Below, piece after piece: positions 49,461-60,623 of a DNA stretch of 64,000 nt. The stretch lies in assembly GCA_902563835.1 (NCBI GenBank), contig CACEZB010000004.1, forward strand, positions 342 through 64,341. Reading direction: 5' to 3'. Both the position numbers and the translations under genes were made by a program. This DNA is from an uncultured SAR86 cluster bacterium. Lineage in GTDB: Bacteria > Pseudomonadota > Gammaproteobacteria > Magnimaribacterales > D2472. The notes beneath the pieces are model-generated. The model worked only from the letters and a program-made list of their open reading frames with translations, was not told the origin of the DNA and ran no database searches. The first letter of the stretch is position 1; every line of letters begins with the position of its first letter.

Positions 49461-50678
49461 ATGATGCCTGAACTGAGACCAGAAGCAATTGAATTAGTAG
49501 AAAAAGTTAAAACTTTCATTAAAGACGAAGTTAAACCACAAGAACATGTTTTTCATGAACAAATAGTAGAAGGAGAAGATCGTTGGAAGACTTATCCAAA
49601 AGTAATTGATGAGCTAAAAGAAAAAGCAAGATCAGCTGGGCTTTGGAATTTATTTTTACCTGAAAGCGAATTCGGTGCTGGACTTACAAATTATGAATAT
49701 GCACATTTAGCAGAAGAAATGGGTAAATCTCATATAGCCTCTGAGGCTATGAATTGTAGCGCGCCTGATACTGGCAATATGGAAGTTATTGCTAGATATG
49801 GTAATGAGCAACATCAAGAAGAATGGTTACAACCATTGTTGGATGGCAAAATTAGATCAGCCTTTGGGATGACAGAACCAGGTACGGCATCATCTGATGC
49901 TACCAATATGCAAGCAACAGCAGTTCTTGATGGGGATGAATATGTTATTAATGGTGAGAAATGGTGGACATCAGGAGCAGGCGATCCTAGATGTAAGATT
50001 ATTATTTTTATGTGTGTTACTAATCCAGACAACCCAAAGCATCAAAGACATTCAATGATACTAGTACCAATGGAAACTGAGGGAGTCGAAATTCAAAAAA
50101 TGATGCATGTATTTGGATATGATGATGCACCTCATGGACATGCTCATATGAAATTTAATAACGTTAGGGTACCTAAAGAGAATTTACTTTTAGGTGAAGG
50201 CAGAGGATTTGAAATAGCTCAAGGTAGACTAGGGCCTGGAAGGATACATCATTGTATGAGAGCTATAGGTGTTGGAGAAATTGCATTAGAGTTAATGTGC
50301 AGACGAGGCATTGACCCAACTAAAATTGCTTTTGGAAAAAATTTAGCAAATTTAGGCGCTAATTTTGATTACATTGCTGAATCAAGAATGGAGCTTAATG
50401 CTGCAAGACTTTTAACATTAGATGCTGCTATAAAGATGGATACTGTAGGTAATAAAATTGCAGCCAGTGAGATAGCCCAAATAAAGGTTTACGTTCCTAA
50501 TGTTGTATTAAAAATAATAGATAGAGCAATTCAAATTCATGGAGGTGAGGGCGTTTCACAATTAACTCCACTAGCATCTATGTATGCGCATATGAGAACA
50601 CTTAGATTAGCTGATGGACCTGATGAAGTTCATAGAAGAGCGGTTGCTAGGTATGAGCTTGGCAAATATATGAGTTAG
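49461..50678 (+). CDS. Acyl-CoA dehydrogenase (ACAD10/11-like)
   Basis: [47 protein letters not shown]. Confidence 0.95.
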   Translation: MMPELRPEAIELVEKVKTFIKDEVKPQEHVFHEQIVEGEDRWKTYPKVIDELKEKARSAGLWNLFLPESEFGAGLTNYEYAHLAEEMGKSHIASEAMNCSAPDTGNMEVIARYGNEQHQEEWLQPLLDGKIRSAFGMTEPGTASSDATNMQATAVLDGDEYVINGEKWWTSGAGDPRCKIIIFMCVTNPDNPKHQRHSMILVPMETEGVEIQKMMHVFGYDDAPHGHAHMKFNNVRVPKENLLLGEGRGFEIAQGRLGPGRIHHCMRAIGVGEIALELMCRRGIDPTKIAFGKNLANLGANFDYIAESRMELNAARLLTLDAAIKMDTVGNKIAASEIAQIKVYVPNVVLKIIDRAIQIHGGEGVSQLTPLASMYAHMRTLRLADGPDEVHRRAVARYELGKYMS

Positions 50679-50683
50679 AGAAC

Positions 50684-52081
50684 TTGTCTAATAACTTAAT
50701 TTTTTACGACACAGAAACAACTGGAATTCATAAGGATTTTAGTCAGATAATTCAATGTGGTTCTATTCTTACAGATACTGTATTTAACGTTAAGGGAGAA
50801 CAGAATATTAATAGCAGACCATTACCATGGGTAATACCCCAGCCAATCGCTATGCTTACTAATAAAAAAATAAATTCTTTTACTTCTAACACATCTCATT
50901 ATCAAATGATGAAAGACATACAATATCAATGGAAAGAATGGTGTATTGAACGCCCATCTATATTTATTACTTATAACGGACATGCTTTCGATGAAGAATT
51001 AATTAGAAGGCAATTTTGGTGCAATCTTTTGGAGCCCTATATCACCAATACTAATCAAAATGGAAGATTAGATTTAATGTTAATGATTCACAACATAGCT
51101 TCTTTTTTTTCAGATGAAATATCAATTCCTTTATTTGAAGATGGTCCTGCTCTAAGTATAAAACTTGAACATTTAGCAGATAAACATGGCATAGACGTAA
51201 GTGATGCTCATGATGCAATTTCAGATTGTCAATTTATGATTGGTTTATGTAAGGTGATAAAAGAGAAGATTCCAGATGTATTTGAATCTTTTTTAAATAT
51301 ATCTACTAAAGAGGGTATTAAAAATCTTCTATACACTGGTGAGTTTCTTGCGTTGGGAGAAGTATATAGACGCCATCCTTTTAAATACCCAGTTGTTATT
51401 TGTGGTGCAGATAATTCTAGGCCTAATGAAATATGCTTTTTTGATTTAAGCTTTGATCCTGATGAAATCATTGATTTAGATTTCACTGAAATTAATAAAA
51501 TGATTCAATCTGGATCAAGAGATTTGCCATTAAAAAAGTATAAAATTAACAAAACTATACCAATATGCTCTAGCAAGCTTCTTACAAAAAATAATCATTT
51601 TGATATTACTCATGATGAACTGCAGAGGCGTGCTGATATTGTTAAAGCTAATAAAGATTTTTTTACAAAAGTTTCACAAGCAATGGAAGATAGAATTATG
51701 AATTTTCCAGAACCTAGCTATGTTGAAGGTACTATTTATTCTGGTGGATTTCCATCATATAGAGATCAAGATTTAATGAAAGAATTTCATCTTTCAGATG
51801 AGCCTGAACAATTAATTAAAATTTCAAGAAATTTTGAAGATGAACGCTTTCGTTTATTAGCTGAACGAATCATATGTAATGAATATCAAATAGATATTCC
51901 ACAAGATATAAAAGGTAGATATGACGACCTTATACATGAAAGAGTTCAAACAGAAGGTAAATGGGGCTCTGTTGATAAAGCTCTTCAAGAAATTGACAAG
52001 TTATTAGATGAAAAACATGATCAAGAAGATATCAATATTCTGAATGCAACGAAAGAAAAACTCTTATCTATGAAGAATTAA
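50684..52081 (+). CDS. sbcB: Exodeoxyribonuclease I
   Basis: DEDDh motifs YDTETTG, YNGHAFDEE, HDAISD; IYSGGF; 465 aa; TTG start. Confidence 0.88.
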   Translation: MSNNLIFYDTETTGIHKDFSQIIQCGSILTDTVFNVKGEQNINSRPLPWVIPQPIAMLTNKKINSFTSNTSHYQMMKDIQYQWKEWCIERPSIFITYNGHAFDEELIRRQFWCNLLEPYITNTNQNGRLDLMLMIHNIASFFSDEISIPLFEDGPALSIKLEHLADKHGIDVSDAHDAISDCQFMIGLCKVIKEKIPDVFESFLNISTKEGIKNLLYTGEFLALGEVYRRHPFKYPVVICGADNSRPNEICFFDLSFDPDEIIDLDFTEINKMIQSGSRDLPLKKYKINKTIPICSSKLLTKNNHFDITHDELQRRADIVKANKDFFTKVSQAMEDRIMNFPEPSYVEGTIYSGGFPSYRDQDLMKEFHLSDEPEQLIKISRNFEDERFRLLAERIICNEYQIDIPQDIKGRYDDLIHERVQTEGKWGSVDKALQEIDKLLDEKHDQEDINILNATKEKLLSMKN

Positions 52082-52083
52082 AA

Positions 52084-52830
52084 ATGAAGAAATTGAATAT
52101 TTATTTTTATTTATTCTTATTTATTAGTTCTATAAATACCTCTAATATTAAAGCAGATGTATATTTAGAGAATTTTAGTTTAGTTGATGTTTTAAAAAAT
52201 GGTAGAAGCTTAATGAGTCTTGATTATGGACTTCATTATTTAGAGCTTCAATCGAATGAGCAAAAGAAATTATTTATAGGTGTTCATGGGAGCAATAGCG
52301 AAGGGTATGAGTGGATATATCCTTATTTGACTATAGATTCATTGGCGACTTTGATGACTTTTTTTCGCTACAACGATAATTTTTGTCCAAATAGAGCTTA
52401 TCAAAAACTTAATAATGAAATTAATTCAATATTAGATAAAAACAAGAATGTTGATCAAGTTATATTAATGGGTCATAGCTATGGAGCAATGATAGTTTCA
52501 ATGTTCTCTGATAAGTGGACTAGTGAGACGCCTTTAATAATACATACAGTTGCAGGACCTTTAAATGGACCAGTATCATCAAATCTTAGATCCGGGCTTT
52601 TTAGAAATATATGTGATTATTATCCTCCTAATACGATCAGAGATAATGTAGTTTTTTATCAATGGAGAACAATCAAAGAATTAGATGGAGCATTTAATAA
52701 TTTGGAATATGATCCTCAGATTATTGATTTAAAAGGTAGCTTAGTTACCAGACTGCCCGATACTTATAATGGAATGAGGTTAGGGCATAATTGGTCATTA
52801 AGTTGGGTAGCAGAGAAGATTGCAGAATAA
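52084..52830 (+). CDS. Exported alpha/beta hydrolase
   Basis: GVHG oxyanion motif, GHSYG nucleophile elbow, LGHNWS; signal peptide. Confidence 0.78.
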   Translation: MKKLNIYFYLFLFISSINTSNIKADVYLENFSLVDVLKNGRSLMSLDYGLHYLELQSNEQKKLFIGVHGSNSEGYEWIYPYLTIDSLATLMTFFRYNDNFCPNRAYQKLNNEINSILDKNKNVDQVILMGHSYGAMIVSMFSDKWTSETPLIIHTVAGPLNGPVSSNLRSGLFRNICDYYPPNTIRDNVVFYQWRTIKELDGAFNNLEYDPQIIDLKGSLVTRLPDTYNGMRLGHNWSLSWVAEKIAE

Positions 52831-52834
52831 ATAA

Positions 52835-52911
52835 TGGTGGGCGAGGAGAGATTCGAACTCCCGACTTCCTGCGTGTCGAGCAGACACTCTAACCAACTGA
52901 GTTACTCGCCC
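52835..52911 (-). tRNA. tRNA-Val (GAC)
   Basis: Reverse complement GGGCGAG...TCTGC-TC-GAC-AC-GCAGG...GTTCGAATC...CTCGCCCACCA. Confidence 0.94.
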
Positions 52912-52979
52912 AAATTGAAAGTAATTTTACACAAAAAATCGTATTGGGCGACATTATATCCAGTATTTAATAATTATTT

Positions 52980-53420
52980 TTAGATTTTGGAAAGATAATC
53001 ATCAAGCCTAGATTGATTCATTACAAATACCGATTTAAATTGTGTAGCTGCTGTCTTAATAGTATCTAAGTTTGATTTATCATTTCCAACCTGGATAACT
53101 CCAACCATCGCCATCATCACATGAGGAGTGCACTGATAAACATAAACTCCTGGTATATTGAAATCAATTGTAATATCTCTGCTAAGGTCACCGTTCCAAG
53201 CTTGTGCATTATTTGGAATCATTGAGGAAATTGATGCTGAATTATGTGCAGCATCAATAGATTTAAAGGTAACACTATCTCCAGGATTAATTTTTAAAAA
53301 AGCAGGCTCAAAAACCATTACTCCCTCAGTCCCCTGATTAAGCATTTTTACAATATGATTTGCTGAATATAAATTAATTTGAAAGGACAATATTACAATT
53401 AAAAGTATTATTTTGTTCAT
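52980..53420 (-). CDS. Pseudoazurin-type blue copper protein
   Basis: VKMLN, MVFEP, AAHNS, YQCTPHVMMAM (His/Cys/His/Met ligands), signal peptide. Confidence 0.92.
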   Translation of the reverse strand: MNKIILLIVILSFQINLYSANHIVKMLNQGTEGVMVFEPAFLKINPGDSVTFKSIDAAHNSASISSMIPNNAQAWNGDLSRDITIDFNIPGVYVYQCTPHVMMAMVGVIQVGNDKSNLDTIKTAATQFKSVFVMNQSRLDDYLSKI

Positions 53421-53523
53421 CTAAACTCCAATGGAAAATTATTATGTTTTTAAATATTTTATGTTTTTAATTTATACTAAAAAGATATATTATTAGCATA
53501 ATTTATATATAAGGATTTATAGA

Positions 53524-54729
53524 ATGAAATCAATAAAAATCAATAACATTTTAATACTTAGCTTTATCATTATGCCGATGATCTTATTTAAGGTGCAGGC
53601 ATCCCCTGGTGAATATTGGGATGAAGCGTTACCAGAAGATAAGGGTATTTCAAGTGACAAAGTAAATAAATTATTTGATTTATCTTTTGAAGACGATGCA
53701 ACTCAATCAGTCGTTTTAATAAAAGATGGTGTTTTAATTGCGGAACGTTATGCTGACGGGTATGACAAAGATTCGTTTGGCACATCTTGGTCAATGGCAA
53801 AAAGCTTTTATGCTGCATTAATTTTAATTTCAGTAGATAAAGGTGAAATAGGAAGCCTAGATGACAAAGTATCTAAATATCTAGATTATTTTAATGATGA
53901 TCGTTCTGTAATAACTATAAGACAACTATTAAATATGTCTAGCGGTCTTGAATACCCTGAAACACAACATGAAATGATGTTTTTTCAACCAGATCATTTG
54001 GAGTATTCGAAACAAGTAAAACTTGAAAAAGAACCTGATACTCTTTTTGAGTATAACAACGTTAATTCAATGCTTTTAGGAGATATTCTTTTACAAGCAA
54101 CTGGCAAGAAGGCAGATGTTCTTTTAGAAGAAAGAATATTAGATAAACTTGAGGTAAAAAATAAAACTTTATGGAGGGACTCTAAACAAAATGTTCTTAC
54201 ATATTGTTGTATAGACATGACAGCTAGAGATTATGCAAGATTTGGACAATTATTTTCAAATAGCGGTGCCTGGAAAGATGAGCAGATCATTTCTAAAGAA
54301 TTAGTAGATGAAACATTTCAATATGTTTGGGATACGCCCAATTGGTGGACAGATTATAAAAGAGGGTATTCTTTGCATTGGTGGGTTTCTAGGTATAGTG
54401 AAGACTCTAAAATCTTTAATGCAAGTGGAAGATTCGGACAATATATTTTTGTAGATAGAGAAAATGATATTGTGTTTGTAAGGATTACAAAAAATACTCC
54501 AGCAGAGGGACCAATTCAAGATTGGTCTAGATTATCTTGGTTTACTTGGATCAATAATGTTGAATTTTTAATAGCCTTTTTTCAAACCCTTGAAAGTTGG
54601 GGGATTGTTAAAATAGGTGCAGACAGCAATGTAAAATCACCTAGCACAAGGGAAGATGGTGCATCAAAAGAATTTTATAGAGATTATGAGTTAGTAATGG
54701 ATGCTATGGCTGATCTTAGTCGGAGTTAG
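53524..54729 (+). CDS. Serine hydrolase (beta-lactamase/AmpC-like family)
   Basis: SMAK (SxxK), LLNMSSG, FEYNN, ASGRFGQ; signal peptide. Confidence 0.92.
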   Translation: MKSIKINNILILSFIIMPMILFKVQASPGEYWDEALPEDKGISSDKVNKLFDLSFEDDATQSVVLIKDGVLIAERYADGYDKDSFGTSWSMAKSFYAALILISVDKGEIGSLDDKVSKYLDYFNDDRSVITIRQLLNMSSGLEYPETQHEMMFFQPDHLEYSKQVKLEKEPDTLFEYNNVNSMLLGDILLQATGKKADVLLEERILDKLEVKNKTLWRDSKQNVLTYCCIDMTARDYARFGQLFSNSGAWKDEQIISKELVDETFQYVWDTPNWWTDYKRGYSLHWWVSRYSEDSKIFNASGRFGQYIFVDRENDIVFVRITKNTPAEGPIQDWSRLSWFTWINNVEFLIAFFQTLESWGIVKIGADSNVKSPSTREDGASKEFYRDYELVMDAMADLSRS

Positions 54730-54910
54730 TATTTAATTCGTTTACTTTTTTTAGATAACTAGCCATATCTTTTTTCCATTCTTCTAGATAATAACCATCA
54801 TTACCATGTTTATTTAGATACCTTAAAAAGACTCTACCAGATTCATCTTCAAACCCTGGTTCAAATGGCTCTCCAGTTAATTTATTTGGTCTTTTAAATT
54901 GATTATCCAT
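54716..54910 (-). CDS. Small hypothetical protein (64 aa)
   Basis: ATG overlaps the stop of the upstream permease (TAATG); globular-looking composition. Confidence 0.55.
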   Translation of the reverse strand: MDNQFKRPNKLTGEPFEPGFEDESGRVFLRYLNKHGNDGYYLEEWKKDMASYLKKVNELNTNSD

Positions 54911-56676
54911 TAGGTCCAAACAAACAATATCATAGGAATCGAAACTAAAATTATAAGAATATCCATAGGCAAGCCTAATCTCCAATAGTCTGTGAATTTA
55001 TAGTTTCCTGGACCCATAACCACTGTATTACATTGATGCCCAATCGGTGTTAAGAATGCACAACTAGCTCCAACCGCAACCACCATTAAGAAAGGTTCAA
55101 TTGCATAGCCAAGCTCTAAAGCAATTCCTGTAGAGATTGGCGCCATTATTACTGCTGTTGCAGCATTGTTAATTATGTCAGTTGTAGCCATTGTTACTAC
55201 TAAAATAGTAAAAAGTATCCAAAATAAACTTACATTTGATGCGTATTCAGATATTGAACTTGCTATTACATCGCTAAGCCCTGTAGTCTGCAACGCTGTT
55301 CCAATTGGAATCATTGCTGCTAGCATGACTATTATTGGCCAATCTATTTCTCTATAAAAATTACTGTCTATAATTTTTATTCTTGCAAAACCTAAAACAC
55401 AAAGTAAAAAGGCAGCAGCAGCACTCAAATAATTAAATGAAACTAAAAAAATAGACAGAGAAAAGAAAATTAATCCTTTAAGAAGTCTACTTCTGCTTGG
55501 AATAGTTTGAAGCTCTCTTTGACGTAAAGGCATTAAACCTAAATGCTTTATTTTATTAGAAACATCTTCTTCATCCAGATCTCTAACTCCTAAAAGCAAA
55601 ACATCACCTGATTTAAATGTTTCTCTTGTTAATCTCGTTCTATACTTTGATCCTTTTCTCCATAAGCCTAATAAATTTAACTCTTCAAAAGCTAGTTTAA
55701 GAAAAAAGTCATACTTTCTTCCTATTAGTCTTGATCCTGGTGTAATCATTACTTCTATTTCCTCAAGATCATCTTCATCAAAAGAATGTAATTCTTTAGG
55801 TATAGAAAAACCAAAAACATCTAAAATATTACCAATATCATCTGGCGGGGTTTTAATAACTAATATTTGACCAGATTTTATTTGCATATTATTTTGTACT
55901 TTCTTAACCGAACCATTTTCAGAAACAATTCCTAGAATCTCTGTATCTTCACCAGCTTGTTTTTTAAATTTATACAAAGTCATACCAATTGCTGAGCTTC
56001 CATCATTTACACATACTTCAAATAAATATCCTTTAAGATTAATTAAGTGCTCGGTCTTAGAGCCAGTATTTCTTAATAAGATGAATTTATTACCCAGAAG
56101 CGCGATAAATAATATGCTTAATAAAGTAATTACTATTCCAACATATGAAAAGTCAAAAAAATTAAAGCCTGAAGAAGAGATAGTTGCCTTATACTCAGAA
56201 ATAATAATATTTGGAGGAGTTCCAATAGCAGTGTTCATTCCACCTAAAATACAAGCAAATGCTAATGGCATTAAAAATTTTGAAGCATGCCATTCCATTT
56301 TTTGACAGATATTTAGAGTAATAGGCAACAAGATTGCTAATGCTCCAATATTATTAATAAACGAAGAAAGAATTGCAGCAATAAACAAAAGGCAAACTAA
56401 AAATTGAAATTCAGTAAACGTTCTTGTTCCAATTAATTTTCCTACCAAACCTGTCAGACCGGAATTTTTTAAACCTTGGCTAATTATCAATACAAGTGCA
56501 ACTGTTACTACAGCAGGATGTGCAAATCCAGCAAATGCATCATTGGCAGGAATTATTTCAAGTACTACAAGTACAAATAAAGCACCAATAGCTAACGCGT
56601 CATATCTAACCTTACCCCAAATGAATAAACCTAACAGGGCTATAAGTGTTGCAGATAATAAAACTTGATCGTTCAT
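54910..56676 (-). CDS. SLC13/DASS family permease with TrkA-C domains
   Basis: GFAHPAV, SSFINN, IGTPPN, DIINNAAT, FLTPIGHQCN, GPGNYKFTDY. Confidence 0.93.
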   Translation of the reverse strand: MNDQVLLSATLIALLGLFIWGKVRYDALAIGALFVLVVLEIIPANDAFAGFAHPAVVTVALVLIISQGLKNSGLTGLVGKLIGTRTFTEFQFLVCLLFIAAILSSFINNIGALAILLPITLNICQKMEWHASKFLMPLAFACILGGMNTAIGTPPNIIISEYKATISSSGFNFFDFSYVGIVITLLSILFIALLGNKFILLRNTGSKTEHLINLKGYLFEVCVNDGSSAIGMTLYKFKKQAGEDTEILGIVSENGSVKKVQNNMQIKSGQILVIKTPPDDIGNILDVFGFSIPKELHSFDEDDLEEIEVMITPGSRLIGRKYDFFLKLAFEELNLLGLWRKGSKYRTRLTRETFKSGDVLLLGVRDLDEEDVSNKIKHLGLMPLRQRELQTIPSRSRLLKGLIFFSLSIFLVSFNYLSAAAAFLLCVLGFARIKIIDSNFYREIDWPIIVMLAAMIPIGTALQTTGLSDVIASSISEYASNVSLFWILFTILVVTMATTDIINNAATAVIMAPISTGIALELGYAIEPFLMVVAVGASCAFLTPIGHQCNTVVMGPGNYKFTDYWRLGLPMDILIILVSIPMILFVWT

Positions 56677-56687
56677 TGGCCATTAAT

Positions 56688-57773
56688 TTATTTAGGCATA
56701 GATTCAACATAAAGAGATGTAGAAGGATATGCAAATTCAGATTTATTTTCTTTAACTATTTTCATTATATTGAAAATTAATTTTTCTTTAACCTGATTGA
56801 ATGCTGCAAAACCCATTGGATCCGCATATGCAACTATTAACATATCTATTGAACTACCTCCCAACTCGACAATTCTTACAACAGGATCTAGATCACCTTC
56901 TGTTGTAAAATCATTACTTGAAATGATATATTTTTTTACATCATTTCTTATGGATTCAAGCTGTTCTACGCTTGTTGAATAAATTAAATTAATTTTCCAA
57001 TTAATTCTTCTATTAATCATTTCACCATGGTTTATAACTTTTACATCTGAAAGATCCTTGTTTGGGATTACCATTGGAGCTGTATCAAATGTTCTTATAA
57101 CAGTTGACCTAAAGCCTATACTTTCTACAATCCCATGTAATTGTCCGCTTACCTCAATTCTGTCACCTGGTTGAAATCTATGTTCACCAATAATAAGTAT
57201 TCCAGATATAAGATTTTTAAAGAAATCTTGTGCTCCTAATGCAACCGCAACTGAGAAAAGTCCTAATCCAGCAACTAGAGGCCCAATTTGAATACCAAAG
57301 ATATCTAAAATTATTGCAATACCTATTACCCATACAATAAATTTAGAAGCACGCTCTAACCACATTTGCATTGATGCAGTTAACCATGAGCTTGTGGAAA
57401 GAGCTTCAAAGATTGGTTTTACACTATTTGCTAGAACACTAAAAATAGTAAAAATTACAAATGCTTTAACTATATTGGTTGCTATATCACCAATTACTCC
57501 TGACAAAGGAAGTATTAATGTGCATACATAAAGGGCTATTGTTATTGGCACTAAACCAATTGGCTTTTTTAGAGCATTTAAGATCTCATCATCAATTTTT
57601 GAATCTGTTTTATCAGCAAGTTTTGTAAACGCATTTAAGATTACAGAAATAATAAAACTTCTAAATAAAAATGCTATTAATATTACTATTAACGATAAGA
57701 TGATAGAGCCAAGATCTATACCAAGAAAACCGCTATTCCAAACATCTATTACTAAATTGTTAAAATTTTCCAT
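56688..57773 (-). CDS. Small-conductance mechanosensitive channel family protein
   Basis: VALGAQDFFKNLISG, FQPGDRI, GIVESIGFRST, IPN, FAYP. Confidence 0.93.
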   Translation of the reverse strand: MENFNNLVIDVWNSGFLGIDLGSIILSLIVILIAFLFRSFIISVILNAFTKLADKTDSKIDDEILNALKKPIGLVPITIALYVCTLILPLSGVIGDIATNIVKAFVIFTIFSVLANSVKPIFEALSTSSWLTASMQMWLERASKFIVWVIGIAIILDIFGIQIGPLVAGLGLFSVAVALGAQDFFKNLISGILIIGEHRFQPGDRIEVSGQLHGIVESIGFRSTVIRTFDTAPMVIPNKDLSDVKVINHGEMINRRINWKINLIYSTSVEQLESIRNDVKKYIISSNDFTTEGDLDPVVRIVELGGSSIDMLIVAYADPMGFAAFNQVKEKLIFNIMKIVKENKSEFAYPSTSLYVESMPK

Positions 57774-57832
57774 ATAAATATATTTAAAATCCTATTTTAT
57801 GTTGATTTTATACTTTTAACAAAAAGTACGAT

Positions 57833-58534
57833 TTATTTACTTATCCTATCTTTTATAAAATATGGCAAGTAAATCAAATAAAAGACAGCAATTGCTAAAG
57901 GAGTGGTGTATAGAATATGTAATGGTGGATCAGGGAACATATCCATCAACGAAGCTCCATCAGGTTTTGCAATCAAGTACCAGAAATTTGCTGGTTCACC
58001 TAATAAAATATTAATAGCATAAACAATAGGCAATAAAATAAATAAAGTAATTGCTGTTACTTTTAATATATCCTTGCCATATGGACGGTTTCCTAAACTA
58101 ACAGTTGCATACATTATTCCAACAACTATCATTCCATGACCGATCATAAAGAATATGTAATCTAAATCATGATGGCTTATATCTGGCGTAAGAATTGCCA
58201 TGGTTGCACCACCTAACCCCCAAAAGAAAGCGCATAGATATAATATTTTTGGACCACCTAATAAAAATATAATTAAAAATATTTCTGAAAGATCACACAT
58301 ATGCAGGGGGATTGTTTCTCTCCAATCATATGGATTGGCCAAAAGATATAAATCTTTATATGGCGAGATAATGACATGTAAAAAAATTATGGCAGCTATA
58401 ATTTTACTCATTGTAGATTTTTGATCTTCTGTTTTATTTTTATAAAATTTTGGCAATAAAACAGATACAACTATAACCGTAGCTATTGTTATAAGATGAA
58501 CAGTCCCAAACATTGCAAATGGTGTGCCAAACAT
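57833..58534 (-). CDS. TIGR02206/YwaF family membrane protein
   Basis: FGTVH, PLHMCD, ILTPD, FMIGH, ANFWYL..KP. Confidence 0.85.
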   Translation of the reverse strand: MFGTPFAMFGTVHLITIATVIVVSVLLPKFYKNKTEDQKSTMSKIIAAIIFLHVIISPYKDLYLLANPYDWRETIPLHMCDLSEIFLIIFLLGGPKILYLCAFFWGLGGATMAILTPDISHHDLDYIFFMIGHGMIVVGIMYATVSLGNRPYGKDILKVTAITLFILLPIVYAINILLGEPANFWYLIAKPDGASLMDMFPDPPLHILYTTPLAIAVFYLIYLPYFIKDRISK

Positions 58535-58577
58535 TACTCTTTACCTATCTGATTAATTTTTAAGATTATATTATTTT

Positions 58578-60557
58578 TTAGTTTAATTTTAAAATATCTA
58601 ACAACGTGCCTTCAGTTAATATTGCTGGCAATATTTTTGATTCTTGCATTCCAGGCTTCCAATATATATAAAGTGGAACCCCATTTCTATTATATTTTTC
58701 TAAGGTTCTTAAGATCTCATTATTTTTATTTGTCCAATCAGCTACAATATATTCAATATTATTTTCTTTGAGATATTGTTTTACCTTAGGCCTAGAAAGG
58801 GCAATTTTGTCATTGGCTTGACATGTTATACACCAAGCAGCAGTAAAATTAATTAAATATGCTTGGTTATTTTTTTTAAAATTTTCTTCAATATTTGAAT
58901 CCCAGACACCATATTCAGAATATTGGTTTACAGAACCTAAATTAGTATCTCCTTTCTCACCAGATGTTATATATACTCCTTCAAAAGAAATTGTTGTAAG
59001 GATTAATACCCAAATAAGAAGTTGTATTTTTTTATTTGTTATTTTTAATGTTAACCAGAATAGACTAGAAATAATAAGAATTGAAATTAATAAACTAATC
59101 ACTAAATTTGAATTTGTTTGCAGACTAAAAACCCATACAAGCCATAAAGTTGTAGCAAACATTGGAAAAGCAAAAAACTCTTTTAATGTAATCATCCATT
59201 TACCAGATTTTGGTAATAATTTAATTAGGCTTGGGTTGATAGATAAAATAAAGTAAGGCATTGCAAAACCTATTCCTAGTGATGCAAATATTGGCATTGT
59301 AATTGCAGACGGTTGAACTAATGCATATCCAAGGGCAGCCCCCATAAATGGAGCTGTGCATGGCGAGGCCACAATAACAGCAAGCACTCCTGTCAAAAAA
59401 GATCCGCTAACATTATTTGATCCAATGCCACCAAGTCTAGTTAAAGATGAGCCGATATTTACATCTGTTAATAAGATCATACCTATTAAGAACATTAATA
59501 TGCTTAACATAGCAACTATTATTGGTGACTGTAGTTGAAAACCCCATCCAAGATAATTCCCTGTCTGTTTTAAAATTATAAGAGATAAACCAATTAGCAG
59601 GAATGATATTAAAACACCTAAACAAAATGATAATGCATGTAATCTTATTTTTAATTTTGATTGATTCCCTAAAGAAACGAAACTTAAAATTTTTAAAGAA
59701 ATTATTGGAAATACACAGGGCATCAGATTCAATATCAGGCCGCCTAGAAATGCAAAAATAATTGCTTGTAAGAAAGTAATTGATAATGCTTGTAGTTTCT
59801 TATCATTTACCTCAGCATTTATTAAAAATATTTCATCACCATTTACCGATAAAACTCCACTAATAGAACTTAGGTTTGATATCCCTTCAATAATAGGTAC
59901 TTTTAGCAACCAATTATTTTCTTCTTTCGTAAGTATCTGTATTCCAGGATGATCTACAATATTTTGATTATCTATAAAAAATGTAATTAAATTAATTTGA
60001 TTGTTATAAGAAAATCTTAATTCAATGAACTGACTATCAATTTCAGCAAGAACAGGTAATGTTATAGAAGGGACTAAATCATTCCATGCTATCAATTCAT
60101 TATCTATTATAATTTCATCTATTGAGGTTTCTATTAATGCTTTTTCAGGTACACAAACATCATCACATATCAAAAAATCAATATTTAATTTTATTTTTGA
60201 ATTTAAAGAATCCTTTTTAATATATTCAAATGGAAATATTACAAAATTCTTATAACCATAAGTCATCAATGGTTCGTATGGAATGAGTTCTGGTCTTGGC
60301 CATTTAATTTCACCAATTTTTATATTTTCATCAGTATCCCATTGAATTTTTATCGGTCCGCCTGAATCGCCAGGATTTTTCCAATAGGTATGCCAATTTT
60401 TTTGCATATCCATTTTTATCCCAATTAGATTATTTTTATTTTCAGATTCTGGATAATTAAATTTAACTAATGAAACATTTGCATGACCAGTATTTACTGG
60501 TTCAGCTTCAATAAAAATGAATAATGTAAATAAGAAGAATATTTTTAGTAGCTTCAT
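58578..60557 (-). CDS. dsbD: Protein-disulfide reductase DsbD family
   Basis: WHTYWKNPGDSG, CDDVC, NLMPCVFP, ASPCTAP, FTAAWCITC. Confidence 0.92.
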   Translation of the reverse strand: MKLLKIFFLFTLFIFIEAEPVNTGHANVSLVKFNYPESENKNNLIGIKMDMQKNWHTYWKNPGDSGGPIKIQWDTDENIKIGEIKWPRPELIPYEPLMTYGYKNFVIFPFEYIKKDSLNSKIKLNIDFLICDDVCVPEKALIETSIDEIIIDNELIAWNDLVPSITLPVLAEIDSQFIELRFSYNNQINLITFFIDNQNIVDHPGIQILTKEENNWLLKVPIIEGISNLSSISGVLSVNGDEIFLINAEVNDKKLQALSITFLQAIIFAFLGGLILNLMPCVFPIISLKILSFVSLGNQSKLKIRLHALSFCLGVLISFLLIGLSLIILKQTGNYLGWGFQLQSPIIVAMLSILMFLIGMILLTDVNIGSSLTRLGGIGSNNVSGSFLTGVLAVIVASPCTAPFMGAALGYALVQPSAITMPIFASLGIGFAMPYFILSINPSLIKLLPKSGKWMITLKEFFAFPMFATTLWLVWVFSLQTNSNLVISLLISILIISSLFWLTLKITNKKIQLLIWVLILTTISFEGVYITSGEKGDTNLGSVNQYSEYGVWDSNIEENFKKNNQAYLINFTAAWCITCQANDKIALSRPKVKQYLKENNIEYIVADWTNKNNEILRTLEKYNRNGVPLYIYWKPGMQESKILPAILTEGTLLDILKLN

Positions 60558-60584
60558 TTCTTTATTATTTCTTTAATGCCATTA

Positions 60585-60603
60585 GGGGTGCATTATGCAC
60601 CCC
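60585..60603 (-). terminator. GC-rich hairpin downstream of hsp20 (terminator or stabilising stem)
   Basis: GGGGTGCA-TTA-TGCACCCC inverted repeat; U-tract is poor. Confidence 0.6.
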
Positions 60604-60623
60604 CATTTCCACTTTGTGGAGTA

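Noticed and set aside
9764-52911. tRNA genes as integration sites for islands or prophage
   Set aside because: No integrase, phage structural genes or duplicated tRNA 3' ends seen by eye
52980-53420. Pseudoazurin as evidence for denitrification
   Set aside because: No nirK, nor or nos genes in the window; standalone copper carriers have other partners
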